Positions 1-12,644 of a DNA stretch of 64,000 nt are shown here, piece by piece. The notes under the pieces were generated by a model. It saw nothing but the letters and a program-made list of their open reading frames with translations. It was not told where the DNA came from and ran no database searches. A program made the position numbers and the translations under genes. The DNA comes from Mobula hypostoma (lineage: Eukaryota): contig NC_086100.1 in assembly GCF_963921235.1 (NCBI RefSeq), positions 201,998,001 through 202,062,000 on the forward strand, in the 5' to 3' direction. Numbering within the stretch: the stretch's first letter is position 1; the number at the start of each line of letters is the position of its first letter.

Positions 1-194
1 ACGGGGAGAGGGCGTTGTGGTGAGACGTTGACGGTGAGTAGCGTCTTTGGTACAACAGTGACAGGAGTTGCGTGTTGGGGTGTGACATTGACAGGGCTCA
101 GCGTATTGGAGTGTGGTGTTGACATGGAGCAGTATATGGTGGCACAGCGTTGACAGCGAGAAGTTTTGGTGGGGAGCGCCATATTGGGGCATGA

Positions 195-3100
195 CGTTGA
201 CAGGGGGCTGTGTGTCGGGATGCGGTTTGATGGGGCTGTGTGTCGGGGTGCGGTTTCACAGGGGGCTGTATGTCGGGGTGCGGTTTGACGGGGGGCTGTG
301 TGTCGGGGTGCGGTTTGACGGGGCTGTGTGTCGGGGAGCGGTTTGACAGGGGACTGTGTGTCGGGGTGCGGTTTGACAGGGGGCTGTGTGTCGGCGTGCG
401 GTTTGACGGGGCTGTGTGTCGGGGTGCGGTTTGACAGGAGTCTGTGTGTCGGGATGCGGTTTGACAGGGGGCTGTGTGTCGGGATGCGGTTTGACAGGGG
501 GCTGTGTGTCGGAGAGCGGTTTGACAGGGGGCTGTGTGTCGGGGTGCGGTTTGACAGGGGGCTGTGTGTCGGGGTGCGGTTTGACAGGGGGATGTGTGTC
601 GGGGTGCGGTTTGACAGCGGGCTGTGTGTCGGGGTGCAGTTTGACAGAGCGCTGTGTGTCGGGGTGCGGTTTGACAGAGCGCTGTGTGTCGGGATGCGGT
701 TTGACGGGGCTGTGTGTCGGGGTGCGGTTTGACGGGGCTGTGTGTCGGGGTGCGGTTTGACGGGGCTGTGTGTCGGGGTGCGGTTTGACTAGGCTGTGTG
801 TCGGGGTGCGGTTTGACGGGGCTGTGTGTCGGGGTGCGGTTTGACGGGGCTGTGTGTCGGGTGCGGTTTGACGGGGGCTGTGTGTCGGGGTGCGGTTTGA
901 CAGGGGGCTGTGTGTCGGGGTGCGGTTTGACGGAGGGCTGTGTGTCTGGATGCGGTTTGACGGGGCTGTGTGTCGGGGAGCGGTTTGACAGGGGGCTGTG
1001 TGTCGGGGTGCGGTTTGACGGGGGGGCTGTGTGTCGGGGTGCGGTTTCACAGGGGGCTGTGTGTCGGGGTGCGGTTTGACGGGGCTGTGTGTCGGGGAGC
1101 GGTTTGACGGGGCTGTGTGTGGGGATGCGGTTTGACGGGGCTGTGTGTCTGGATGCGGTTTGACAGGGGGCTGTGTGTCTGGATGCGGTTTGACAGGGGG
1201 CTGTGTGTCGGGGTGCGGTTTGACGGGGGCTGTGTGTCTGGATGCGGTTTGACAGGGGGCTGTGTGTCGGGGAGCGGTTTGACAGGGGAGCTGTTTGACA
1301 GGGGGCTGTGTGTCGGGGTGCGGTTTGACAGGGGGCTGTGTGTCGGGGTGCGGTTTGACTGGGCTGTGTGTCGGGGTGCGGTTTGACGGGTCTGTGTGTC
1401 GGGGTGCGGTTTGACGGGGCTGTGTGTCGGGGTGCGGTTTGACAGGGGGCTGTGTGTCGGGGTGCAGTTTGACAGGTGGCTGTGTGTCGGGATGCGGTTT
1501 GACGGGGCTGTGTGTCGGGGTGCGGTTTGACGGGGCTGTGTGTCGGGGTGCGTTTTGACAGGGGGCTCTGTGTCGGGGTGCAGTTTGACAGGGGACTGTG
1601 TGTCGGGGTGCGGTTTGACAGGGGGCTGTGTGTCAGGGTGCGGTTTGACGGGTCTGTGTGTCGGGGTGCGGTTTGACGGGGCTGTGTGTCGGGATGCGGT
1701 TTGACAGGGGGCTGTGTGTCGGGGAGCGGTTTGACAGGGTGCTGTGTGTCGGGGTGCGGTTTGACAGGGAGCTGTGTGTCGGGGTGCGGTTTGACGGGGG
1801 GCTGTGTGTCAGGGTGCGGTTTGACGGGGAGCTGTGTGTTGGGGTGCAGTTTGACAGGCAGCTGTGTGTCGGGGAGCGGTTTGACAGGGAGCTGTGTGTC
1901 GGGGTGCGGTTTGACAGGGAGCTGTGTGTCGGGGAGCGGTTTGACCGATGGCTGTGTGTCGGGGTGCGGTTTGACAGAGGGCTGTGTGTCGGGATGCGGT
2001 TTGACGGGGCTGTGTGTCGGGGTGCGGTTTGACGGGGCTGTGTGTCCGGATGCGGTTTGACGGGGGGCTCTGTGACGGGGTGCGTTTTGACGGGGGGCTG
2101 TGTGCCGGGGAGTGGTTTGACAGGGAGCTGTGTGTCGGGGAGCGGTTTGACAGGGAGCTGTGTGTCGGGGAGCGGTTTGACCGATGGCTGTGTGTCGGGA
2201 TGCGGTTTGACAGAGGGCTGTGTGTCGGGATGCGGTTTGACGGGGCTGTGTGTCGGGGTGCGGTTTGACGGGGCTGTGTGTCGGGGTGCGGTTTGACGGG
2301 GCTGTGTGTCCAGATGCGGTCGGGGTGCGGTTTGACAGGGGCCTGTGTGTCGGGGAGCGGTTTGACAGGGGGCTGTGTGTCGGGATGCGGTTTGACTGGG
2401 CTGTGTGTCGGGGTGCGGTTTGACGGGTCTGTGTGTCGGGGTGCGGTTTGACGGGGCTGTGTGTCGGGGTGCGGTTTGACAGGGGGCTGTGTGTCGGGGT
2501 GCGGTTTGACAGGTGGCTGTGTGTCGGGATGCGGTTTGACAGGGGGCTGTGTGTCGGGGTGCGGTTTGACGGGGCTGTGTGTCGGGGTGCGTTTTGACAG
2601 GGGGCTCTGTGTCGGGGTGCAGTTTGACAGGGGACTGTGTGTCGGGGTGCGGTTTGACAGGGGGCTGTGTGTCAGGGTGCGGTTTGACGGGGCAGTGTGT
2701 CGGGGTGCGGTTTGACAGGGAGCTGTGTGTCGGGGTGAGGTTTGACGGGGCTGTGTGTCGGGGTGCGTTTTGACAGGGGTCTGTGTGTCGGGGAGCGGTT
2801 TGACAGGGTGCTGTGTGTCGGGGTGCGGTTTGACGGGGGGCTGTGTGTCGGGGTGCGGTTTGACGGGGAGCTGTGTGTCGGGGTGCGGTTTGACGGGGAG
2901 CTGTGTGTCGGGGAGCGGTTTGACAGGGAGCTGTGTGTCGGGGTGCGGTTTGACGGGGCTGTGTGTCTGGATGCGGTTTGACGGGGCTGTGTGTCCGGAT
3001 GCGGTTTGACGGAGGTCTCTGTGACGGGGTGCGTTTTGACGGGGGGCTGTGTGCCGGGGAGCGGTTTGACAGGGAGCTGTGTGTCGGGGAGCGGTTTGAC

Positions 3101-5645
3101 AGGGAGCTGTGTGTCGGGGAGCGGTTTGACCGATGGCTGTGTGTCGGGATGCGGTTTGACAGAGGGCTGTGTGTCGGGGTGCGGTTTGACGGGGCTGTGT
3201 GTCCAGATGCGGTTTGACAGGGGGCTGTGTGTCGGGGTGCGGTTTGACAGAGGGCTGTGTGTCCGGATGCGGTTTGACGGGGGGCTGTGTGTCGGGGTGC
3301 GTTTTGACGGGGGGCTGTGTGTCGGGGAGCGGTTTGCAGGGGGCTGTGTGTCGGGGAGCGGTTTGCCAGGGAGCTGTGTGTCGGGGAGCGGTTTGACAGA
3401 GGGCTGTGTGTCGGGGTGCGGTTTGACGGGGCTGTGTGTCGGTGTGCGGTTTGACAGGGGGCTGTGTGTCGGGGTGCGTTTGACGGGGCTGTGTGTCGGG
3501 GTGCGGTTTGACGGGGCTGTGTGTCGGGGTGCGGTTTGACGGGGCTGTGTGTCCGGATGCGGTTTGACGGGGGGGCTGTGTGTCGGGGAGCGGTTTGACA
3601 GGGGGCTGTGTGTCGGGGTGCGGTTTGACGGGGCTGTGTGTCGGGGTGCGATTTTACGGGGCTGTGTGTCGGGGTGCGGTTTGACAGGGGGCTCTGTGTC
3701 GGGGTGCGGTTTGACAGGGGACTGTGTGTCGGGGTGCGGTTTGACAGGGGGCTGTGTGTCGGGGTGCGGTTTGACGGGGCAGTGTGTCAGGGTGCGGTTT
3801 GACAGGGGACTGTGTGTCGGGGAGCGGTTTGCCAGGGAGCTGTGTGTCGGGGAGCGGTTTGACAGAGGGCTGTGTGTCGGGGTGCGGTTTGACGGGGCTG
3901 TGTGTCGGTGTGCGGTTTGACAGGGGGCTGTGTGTCGGGGTGCGTTTGACGGGGCTGTGTGTCGGGGTGCGGTTTGACGGGGCTGTGTGTCGGGGTGCGG
4001 TTTGACGGGGCTGTGTGTCCGGATGCGGTTTGACGGGGGGGCTGTGTGTCGGGGAGCGGTTTGACAGGGGGCTGTGTGTCGGGGTGCGGTTTGACGGGGC
4101 TGTGTGTCGGGGTGCGGTTTTACGGGGCTGTGTGTCGGGGTGCGGTTTGACAGGGGACTGTGTGTCGGGGTGCGGTTTGACAGGGGGCTGTGTGTCGGGG
4201 TGCGGTTTGACGGGGCAGTGTGTCGGGGTGCGGTTTGACAGGGGGCTCTGTGTCGGGGTGCGGTTTGACAGGGGACTGTGTGTCGGGGTGCGGTTTGACA
4301 GGGGGCTGTGTGTCGGGGTGCGGTTTGACGGGGCAGTGTGTCGGGGTGCGGTTTGACAGGGAGCTGTGTGTCGGGGTGCGGTTTGACGGGGCTGTGTGTC
4401 GGGGTGCGGTTTGACAGGGGTCTGTGTGTCGGGGTGCGGTTTGACGGGGCTGTGTGTCGGGATGCGGTTTGACAGGGGGCTGTGTGTCGGGGAGCAGTTT
4501 GACAGGGAGCTGTGTGTCCGGATGCGGTTTGACGGGGGGCTGTGTGTCGGGGTGCGGTTTGACGGGGCTGTGTGTCCAGATGCGGTTTGACGGGGGGCTG
4601 TGTGTCGGGGTGCGGTTTGACGGGGGGCTGTGTGTCGGGGAGCGGTTTGACGGGGGGGTCTGTGTCGGGGTGCATTTTGACGGTGGGCTGTGTGTCGGGG
4701 AGCGGTTTGACAGGGAGCTGTGTGTCGGGGAGCGGATTGCCAGGTAGCTGCGTGTCGGGGAGCGGTTTGACAGAGGGCTGTGTGTCGGGGTGCGGTTTGA
4801 CGGGGCTGTGTGTCGGGGTGCGGTTTGACGGGGGGTTGTGTGTCGGGGTGCGGTTTGACGGGGCTGTGTGTCGGGGTGCGGTTTGACGTGGCTGTGTGTC
4901 CGGATGCAGTTTGACAGGGGGCTGTGTGTCGGGATGCGGTTTGACCTGGCTGTGTGTCGGGGTGCGGTTTGACGGGGCTGTGTGTCCTGATGCGGTTTGA
5001 CGGGGTGCTGTGTGTCGGGGAGCGGTTTGACAGGGGGCTGTGTGTCGGGGTGCGGTTTGACGGGGCTGTGTGTCGGGGTGCGGTTTGACAGGGGGCTGTG
5101 TGTCGGGGTGCGGTTTGACAGGGAGCTGTGTGTCGGGGTGCAGTTTGACGGGGCTGTGTGTCGGGGTCCGGTTTGACGGGGCTGTGTGTCTGGGTGCGGT
5201 TTGACAGGGGGCTGTGTGTCGGGGTGCGGTTTGACGGGGCTGTGTGTCGGGGTGCGGTTTGACGGGGCTGTGTGTCTGGGTGCGGTTTGACGGGGCTGTG
5301 TGTCGGGGTGCGGTTTGACAGGGAGCTGTGTGTCGGGGTGCGGTTTGACGGGGCTGTGTGTCGGGGAGCGGTTTGACAGGAGGCTGTGTGTCGGGGTGCG
5401 GTTTGACAGGGGGCTGTGTGTCGGGGTGCGGTTTGACGGGGCTGTGTGTCGGGGTGTGGTTTGACAGGGCTGTGTGTCGGGGTTCGGTTTGACAGGGGTC
5501 TGTGTGTCGGGGTGCGGTTTTACAGGGAGCTGTGTGTCGGCGTGCGGTTTGACGGGGCTGTGTGTCGGGGTGCGGTTTGACAGGGGGCTGTGTGTCGGCG
5601 TGCGGTTTTACGGGGCTGTGTGTCGGGGTGCGGTTTGACAGGGTG
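195..5645. repeat. G-rich minisatellite, 28-30 bp unit (GGGGCTGTGTGTCGGGGTGCGGTTTGAC(AG)), about 5.4 kb
   Basis: Uninterrupted tandem array read directly. It explains all the repetitive [17 protein letters not shown] ORFs in the track. Confidence 0.98.
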
Positions 5646-5668
5646 TTATTGAGACCTGTGTTCCCCAG

Positions 5669-5811
5669 GGCGAGGAGCTGAGTGAGGCAAGCGTGCGTCT
5701 GAGCCTGCTGGAGAAGAAGCTGGACTCTGCATCAAGAGAGGCCGACGAGAGGGTGGACAAAATCCAGGGCAAACTCGATGAGGTGCAGAACTTGCTGAAG
5801 AAGAAAGAGAA
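5669..5811 (+). CDS. DCTN1: Dynactin subunit 1 (p150Glued) internal exon, [47 protein letters not shown](K)
   Basis: ttccccAG acceptor, GTGAGT donor, 143 nt, phase 0 to 2. Peptide matches the vertebrate DCTN1 CC2 region ([28 protein letters not shown]) as recalled. Confidence 0.95.
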
Positions 5812-6089
5812 GTGAGTGGAGATGAGCTGCTGCTGGTCACTGTGGCACCTACTGCTGGTTACTGAGGGAATTTTGTGTAGTTACCCAACCTTCTGTACGA
5901 CTGCAGACCAGTTACTCGCAGAGAACCATTAACCATTACCCGTCCACTGTATTGTGCTACTGAACGATTACTAACTAGTTACTGAACTCCACAGGGAACT
6001 ACTGACAGGTTACTGACACATATGATTGGGGGAACTGCAGACTAGTTACTCGCAGAGAACCATTAACCATTACCTGTCCACTGTACCCT

Positions 6090-7960
6090 TATTGATTTTG
6101 TACCTTTCTTTAATCTGCCTGCATATCTGTTCCTTGATTTCCTGGTGGTTATTGGGTGTCAGAGTGATTGGACATGTCCTATTCCTGACTTCTACCCATG
6201 TACACTCAGTAGATAAGCCCTCTATTCCCTCTCCTCGGAGTGCAGCTGTGATACTGTCCCTGATAGTAGTGAAACTCCCCCACCTCTTTTACCTCCCCTT
6301 CTATCTATTGTAAAATCATAAGTATTTTATTGATTCTAAGTAGGAAATCATTTAAAACATAGAAATCCTGGGACATTAAATGCCTATTCCTGGTCTTCTC
6401 TCAACCAAGTCTCAGTCACGGCCATAATATCATAGTTCCATGTACTGTGTTCATCACCTTTACCCATAAGATTCCTGGCATTAAAATACACACACTTCAA
6501 GCTGTCCGTCCTATCGTATCTATTACTTTGCTCCTGCCTACTTTTACTGGCCCTAACATCTACCTTCCTCTCCATCTGTCCACATTCAGGCCTGATGCTC
6601 TGGTTGCCAGTCCCCTGCCAAACTCGTTTAAACCCTCCTGAGTAGCACCAGTGAACCTGCCAGCCTGGATACTGTTTCCCATCCCTCTTGTACAGGTCAC
6701 TCCTGCCCCAGAGGAGATCCCAGTGATCCAGGAACCTGAAACCCTGCCCTTGCACCAGTTCCTTGGCCACTCATTCATCTGTACTGTTATCCTAGTCCTG
6801 CCCTGACTAGCACGTAGCACTGGGAGTAACCTAGAATTTGCTACATTGGATGTCCTGTTCTTCAGTCTCTCCCCTGACTCTCCGTACTCACTGCACAGGA
6901 CTGCTTCCCCCTTTCTACCAATGTGCGCCACCATATCTGGCTGCTCACCCTCCCTCTTGAGCATATTCCACAGCCACCCTGAGACCTCCTTGACCCCACT
7001 ACCTAGGAGGCAGCACCCCAACCTGGAACCATTTTCACGGCAACATGTCCATCCCGCATCCCCCTCTCTACCTACATCATTGATACAGATGTGCACCACG
7101 ATCTCTGACTGCTCACCCTCCCTCTTGAGAATATTCTGCAGCCACCCTGAGACCTCCTTGACCCCGGCAGCTGGGAGGCAGCACCCCATCCTGGCATCTT
7201 TTTCACGGCCACAGGATCTCCTGTCTGTCCCATTAACTATCGAGTCTCCTGTCCCTATCACTCTACCTGGCTGTACCCTTACCCGGTGATGCTCAGAGCC
7301 AGCCACGTGCCACTGGCCTGGCTGCTGCAGCTGTGCCCTGACAGGTCGTCCATCACACCCCCAGCCGTATCCAAAGGGTTGTACTTGTGAGGGAAAAGGT
7401 CACAGGGGAACCCTGCACTGACTGATAACTCCCTTCACTTCTCCTGGTGGTCACCCATCTTCTACCTGAAGCCCGCACTCTGGGTGTGACCACCTCAGAA
7501 AACGTCTCATCTCTGAGGCTTTCAGCTTCCTGGATAGCCCTGAATACATCCAGCTCTAGTTCCTTGCCCTGGTTAGTCAGGAGCTGAAGTTGGGTGCAAT
7601 TCCTGCAGATGTAGTTGTCAGGGAGACCAGTAGGTACCCTTAAATCGCACATCTTACAGGAGGGTCGTTCCACTGCCTACACTTGTTATAACTCCAACTT
7701 CTCAATCTTAAGTTCGAGCCTTCACCTGTTCTCGACAAAACCAGTTGGGCTTGTCCACTCTTAACACTGGCCCACTCCCACAATGGCCACACTTCTTACA
7801 CTTCCCTTCTTTCAAACGGCCCCTGCCAAGTCACTAAGAGATCATTATGATTGCAGCCCGCCAAAATGCTCCGAAAGGCCCTGAGCTCTTCTTAAACCTC
7901 ACGCAACCTGACCAGTGAATGACTTCTCACAGTGATTGTGGCCCGCCTCCTCTAACCACC
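6090..7960 (-). mobile_element. Decayed CR1 LINE 5' portion (ORF1 zinc finger plus SGNH esterase, start of ORF2 endonuclease)
   Basis: Peptides SCKMCD..YICRNC, GDSIV, CVYFNARN, VTETWL. Internal duplication of about 170 bp in ORF1; frameshifts. Confidence 0.88.
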
Positions 7961-8465
7961 TCCAACTTTCCTCTTCTATTCATGATCAGCCCGACCCTCG
8001 GTCTAGTCATCCTGTGTAATGAGCTGCCAGGGACCCTGGTTACAAGAACCACATTTTAAAGGTATTTGCACAGGGTAGAAAGATTTAGAGGGACGTGGTC
8101 CGAGCTTGGGCAAGCAGATGGGAATGTTGGTCAGCCGAACGTCCTGCTGACGGACTGTGTCATTGCAGCCCGAGAGAGTTTGAAGAGTAGATGAGGTGGG
8201 GTAACAGAGCGAAGCGTCCTGCAGGTAACAAGTAAAGATCAGCTGTGGGAGCTGGAGCAGGAGCTGGGCACGGCAGGGTGGCTCGTCCCCTCCCTCTGCA
8301 TGGAGTTTCAGGAGATGATGAACAACGTGTGTCTCCCCCACTCCCATTGAGGATCTCTTCACGCATGGAGTTTGAATGGTGGGTGGGGAGGGAAGGTGAT
8401 TTTTGGAGGGGGGGCAGAAGTGGGTTGTGTCTCTCCTCCCCATGTTGACAATCTCTACCCCACAG

Positions 8466-8629
8466 GGAGTTTGAGGAGACGATGGATGCCCTCCAGGCCG
8501 ACATCGACCAGCTGGAGTCGGAGAAATTGGAGCTGAAACAGCGGCTTGGCTCCCAGAACAAGAGAACTGTAGAGGGATTGCGGGGGTCTCCTGGCTCTGG
8601 GACCCCCAGCCTTCAAGGCAGCATCACAG
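8466..8629 (+). CDS. DCTN1: DCTN1 internal exon, [54 protein letters not shown]
   Basis: cacAG/GTATGG, 164 nt, phase 2 to 1, compatible with both neighbours. Contains the conserved [17 protein letters not shown] motif. Confidence 0.96.
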
Positions 8630-8889
8630 GTATGGGGGGGCAGGGTGTGAGGAGGGATTGGGGAGGGGAGAAGGGAAGGAAGGGGGAGAGACGTAGAGGT
8701 GCGGAAAGGTTATCAGACACCCTGTCACAGTCCCTTTTAGCTGACTTCACCCTGAACATCTCCATCCCCTCCACTCGTGTCTCCCACGTGTGCACAGCCC
8801 CTCACGTCCCCACCCATGCATTCCATCCCCTTCTCTAACCACTCCCTCCCTCTCCTCCTGCTTCCCCCTCACCCCTCCCTCCCACTCCT

Positions 8890-9060
8890 TCCCCGCACCT
8901 CTCTCCCTGCACCTCTCTCCCTGCACCTCTCTCCCCCGCACCTCTCTCCCCCGCACCTCTCTCCCCCACACCTCTCTCCCCCCGCACCTCTCTCCCCCGC
9001 ACCCCTCTCCCCCCCCGCACCTCTCTCCCCCCGCATTTCCCCCCGCGCCTCTCTCCCTCC
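8890..9060. repeat. C-rich minisatellite, 14-16 bp unit (CCCCGCACCTCTCTC)
   Basis: Tandem copies read directly, ending about 70 nt upstream of the 9131 exon. Confidence 0.9.
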
Positions 9061-9130
9061 ACGCCTCCCCCTCCGCACCCCTTCCCCTCTGTCCTGACCC
9101 CGGCCTCACTGACTCCGCGTCTTTCCGCAG

Positions 9131-9249
9131 CTCCGGTCTCAGGGGGCTCAGGCCCCGTCCAGGTGAAGGACTCGCCCCTGCTGCTACAGCATATTGATGC
9201 CCTTCGTCTCTCTCTCCGACAGCTCAGGACCGACAACACCCACCTCAAG
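9131..9249 (+). CDS. DCTN1: DCTN1 internal exon, (A)PVSGGSGPVQVKDSPLLLQHIDALRLSLRQLRTDNTHLK
   Basis: ctttccgcAG/GTATGG, 119 nt, phase 1 to 0. VKDSPLLLQ motif. Confidence 0.93.
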
Positions 9250-9562
9250 GTATGGTACACGCTCCCCCTCGTCCTCCCAAGTCCGTCTGACTTCCCATCT
9301 GTCCACTTACCTACGCAATCTCACTTGTTCCCTCTGACAGGGCAAAGCAGATGAAGGATTGCCTTCAGAATTGCTTTTGATGATTGCATTCTCCAAATTG
9401 TCATTTTCATTTTAACTTTCATATGATAGTTAAAACCTCCAGCTTCTTTGTAATTCCTAACTTGATGAAATAGTGAAATCGTTTCATTTTCGCTCCTGAC
9501 CTTTTTTGGCATCTCCAAGTCCCAATGTTGTGAAACTGCAGTGAGCAAAATAGTTCTGGATT

Positions 9563-11765
9563 ATAGAAACATAGAAAACCTACAGCACAATACAGGCCCT
9601 TCGGCCCTCAAAGTTGTACCGAACATGTCCCCCACCTTAGAAATTACTAGGCTTACCCATAGCCCTCTATTTTTCTAAGCTCCATGTACCTATCTAAAAG
9701 TCTCTTAAAAGACCCTATCGTATTCTCCTCCACCACCGTTTCCCGTAGCCCATTCCACGCACTCACCACTCTCTGCGTAAAAATCAGACCCCTGACATCT
9801 CCTCTGTACCTACTTCCAAGCACCTTAAACCGCGTCCTCTTGTGGCAACCGTTTCAGCCCTGGGAAAAAGCCTCTGACTATCCACACGATCAATGTCTCT
9901 GATTATCTTATACACCTCTATCAGGTCACCTCTCATCCTCCGTCACTCCAAGGAGAAAAGGCCGAGTTCACTCAACCTGTTTTCATAAGGAATGCTCCCC
10001 AATCCAGGCAACGTCCTTGTAAATCTCCTCTGCACACTTTCTATAGTTTCCACATCCTTCCTGTAGTGAGGTGACCAGAACTGAGCACAGTGCTCCAAGT
10101 GGGGTCTGACCAGAGTCCTATATGGCTGCAACATTACCTCTCGGCTCTAAAATTCAATTCCATGGTTAATGAAGGCCAATACACCGTATGCCTTCTTAAC
10201 CATAGAGTCAACCTGCACAGCAGCTTTGAGTGTCCTATGGACTCGGACCCCAAGATCCCTCTGATCCTCCACACTGCCAGGAGTCTTACCATTAATACTA
10301 TATTCTGCCATCATATTTGACCTACCAAAATCAACCACATTACACTTATGTGGGTTGAACTCCATCTGTCACTTCTCAGCCCAGTTTTGCATCCGCTGTA
10401 ACCTCTGACAGCCCTCCACACTATCCACAACACCTCCAACCTTTGTGTTATCAGCAAACTTACTAACCAATCTCTCCACTTCCTCAGGTCATTTATAAAA
10501 ATCACGAAGGGTCCCGGAACAGATCCCTGAGGCACACCACTGGTCTCCGACCTCCATGCAGAATATGACCCGTTTACAACCACTCTTTGCCTTCTGTGGG
10601 CAAGCCAGTTCTGGATCCACAAAGCAATGTCCCCTTGGATCCCATGCCTCCTTACTTTCTCAATAAGCCTTGCATGGGGTACCTTATCAAATGCCTTGCA
10701 GAAATCCATATACACCACATCTACTTCTCTTCCTTCATCAATGTGTTTCGTCACATCCTCAAAAAATTCAATCAGGCTTGTAAAGCACGACCTGTCTTTG
10801 ACAAAGCCATGCTGACTATTCCTGATCATATTATACCTCTCCAAATGTTCATAAATCCTGCCTCTCAGGATCTTCTCCATCAATTTACCAACCACTGAAG
10901 TAAGACTCACTGGCCTATAATTTCCTGGGCTATCTCTACTCCCTTTCTTGAATAAAGGAACAACATCCGCAACCCTACAATCCTCCGGAACCTTTCCTGT
11001 CCCCATTCATGATTCAAAGATCATCGCCAGAGGCTCAGCAATCTCCTCCCTCGCCTCCCACAGTAGCCTGGGGTATAACTCATCCGGTCCTGGCGACTTA
11101 TCCAACTTGATGCTTTCCAAAAGCTCCAGCATATCCTCTTTCTTAATATATACATGCTCAAGGTTTTCAGTCTGCTGCAAGTCATCACTACAATCACCAA
11201 GATCCTTTTCCATAGTGAATACTGAAGTAAAGTATTCATTAAGTACCTCCACAATCTCCTCTGGTTCTATACACATTTTTCCGCTGTCACACTTGATTGG
11301 TCCTATTCTTTCATGTCTTATCCTCTTGCTCTTCACATACTTGTAGAATGGCTTGGGGTTTTCCTTAATCTTGCCCACCAAGGCCTTCTCATGGCTCCTT
11401 CTGGCTCTCCTAATTTCCTTTTTAAGCTCCTTCCTGTTAGCCTTATAATCTTCTAGATCTCTAACATTACCTAGCTCTCTGAACCTTTTGTAAGCTTTTC
11501 TTTTCTTCTTGACTAGATTTATTACAGCCTTTGTACACCACAGTTCCTGTACCCTACCATAACTTCCCTGTCTCATTGGAACATACCTATGCAGAACTCC
11601 ACACAAATATCCCCTGAAGATTTGCCACATTTCTTCTGTACTTTTCCCTGAGAACATCTGTTCCCAATTTAAGCTTCCAATTTCCTGCCTGATTGCCTCA
11701 TAATTCCCCTTATTCCAATTAAATGCTTTTCTAACTTGTCTGTTCCTATCTCTTGCCAGTGCTGT
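9563..11765 (-). mobile_element. 5'-truncated decayed CR1 LINE (RT region)
   Basis: ATAGAAAC tail at 9563; DKSPGPD, NYRPVSLTSVVGK, DF.KAFDKVPH and GVPQGS motifs with stops and frameshifts. Confidence 0.95.
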
Positions 11766-12644
11766 TGTAGATTATCATACTGCTTATTTCTTGCCAACTA
11801 TCATTGACAAAAATTGTTGCTTTTTGACCAGGAACACATGCAACAGATGCTGTTTAAAACTGCTCACTTTAAGCACAAGTGCAAGTGACTGATGCTGGTG
11901 AGAAACTTTTCAAAAACAACCTCTCGTCCTAAATGAAGAAAGGGAATCCCAGCTATTTTCTTGATTTGTTTCTGTTCTTTAAGTGTTGACTCCAGTAAGC
12001 ACTGGCCCAATGAGGTGGAGTCCACTGTACACAATTACCCATCGGCCTCCTACACTCCGGGGGAAAGAAATCTCACAGCCTGTCCAGTCTCTCCTCATAC
12101 CCGAAGTCCTCCAGCCCCGGTAATGTCCGTGTGAAACTCCGGACTTTTTCTCAGTGTAATGTCATCCTTCTGACTAGAATACATGACCTGACCTACACAC
12201 AATCCTACAACATGTTCAGCTCAGTGCCCTGACCGATGAAGGCCAGGGTGTGAAACGCCTTCTTCACTACCTTGTGTCACCTCTTTCAGGGAGCCCGTCT
12301 CCAGACTTGTACAATCTCCTCCCTCTGATGCAGACGGTTTCCAAAGCCTCAACATCCTTCCTCTCGTGGGGCAACCACAACTATACGCAGTTTTCTTCAT
12401 GCAGCCAACCAGGGATTTATCAAGCTGTAATGGAACTTCTTGACTTTTGAACTCGATGCCTTTGGCAAATAAAAGGGAGCATGCCATATGTCTTCTTAAC
12501 AGCCATGTTGAGGAACCTGTGAACCAAGGTCCCTCTGCTCACCAACAAGGATGAGGGTCTTGCCCTCAACAGTTCACCGTCTCTGTACGGTGCCCGACCA
12601 AAGTGCAACCTTTCATATGTGGCTGGGTTAAACTCCATCTGCCA

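Noticed and set aside
113..4886. Dozens of Cys/Gly-rich or Pro-rich ORFs, including a 667-aa ORF
   Set aside because: Translations of the 28-30 bp minisatellite in several frames on both strands, inside an intron.
195..5645. CRISPR-like periodic array
   Set aside because: No unique spacers, no cas genes, and a spliced eukaryotic context.
5901..6085. Direct repeat pair of about 50 bp after the first exon
   Set aside because: Simple local duplication with no element structure between the copies.
8630..9130. Mammalian-type DCTN1 micro-exon (EEQQR)
   Set aside because: No matching sequence with splice sites found, and the flanking exons already join in phase.
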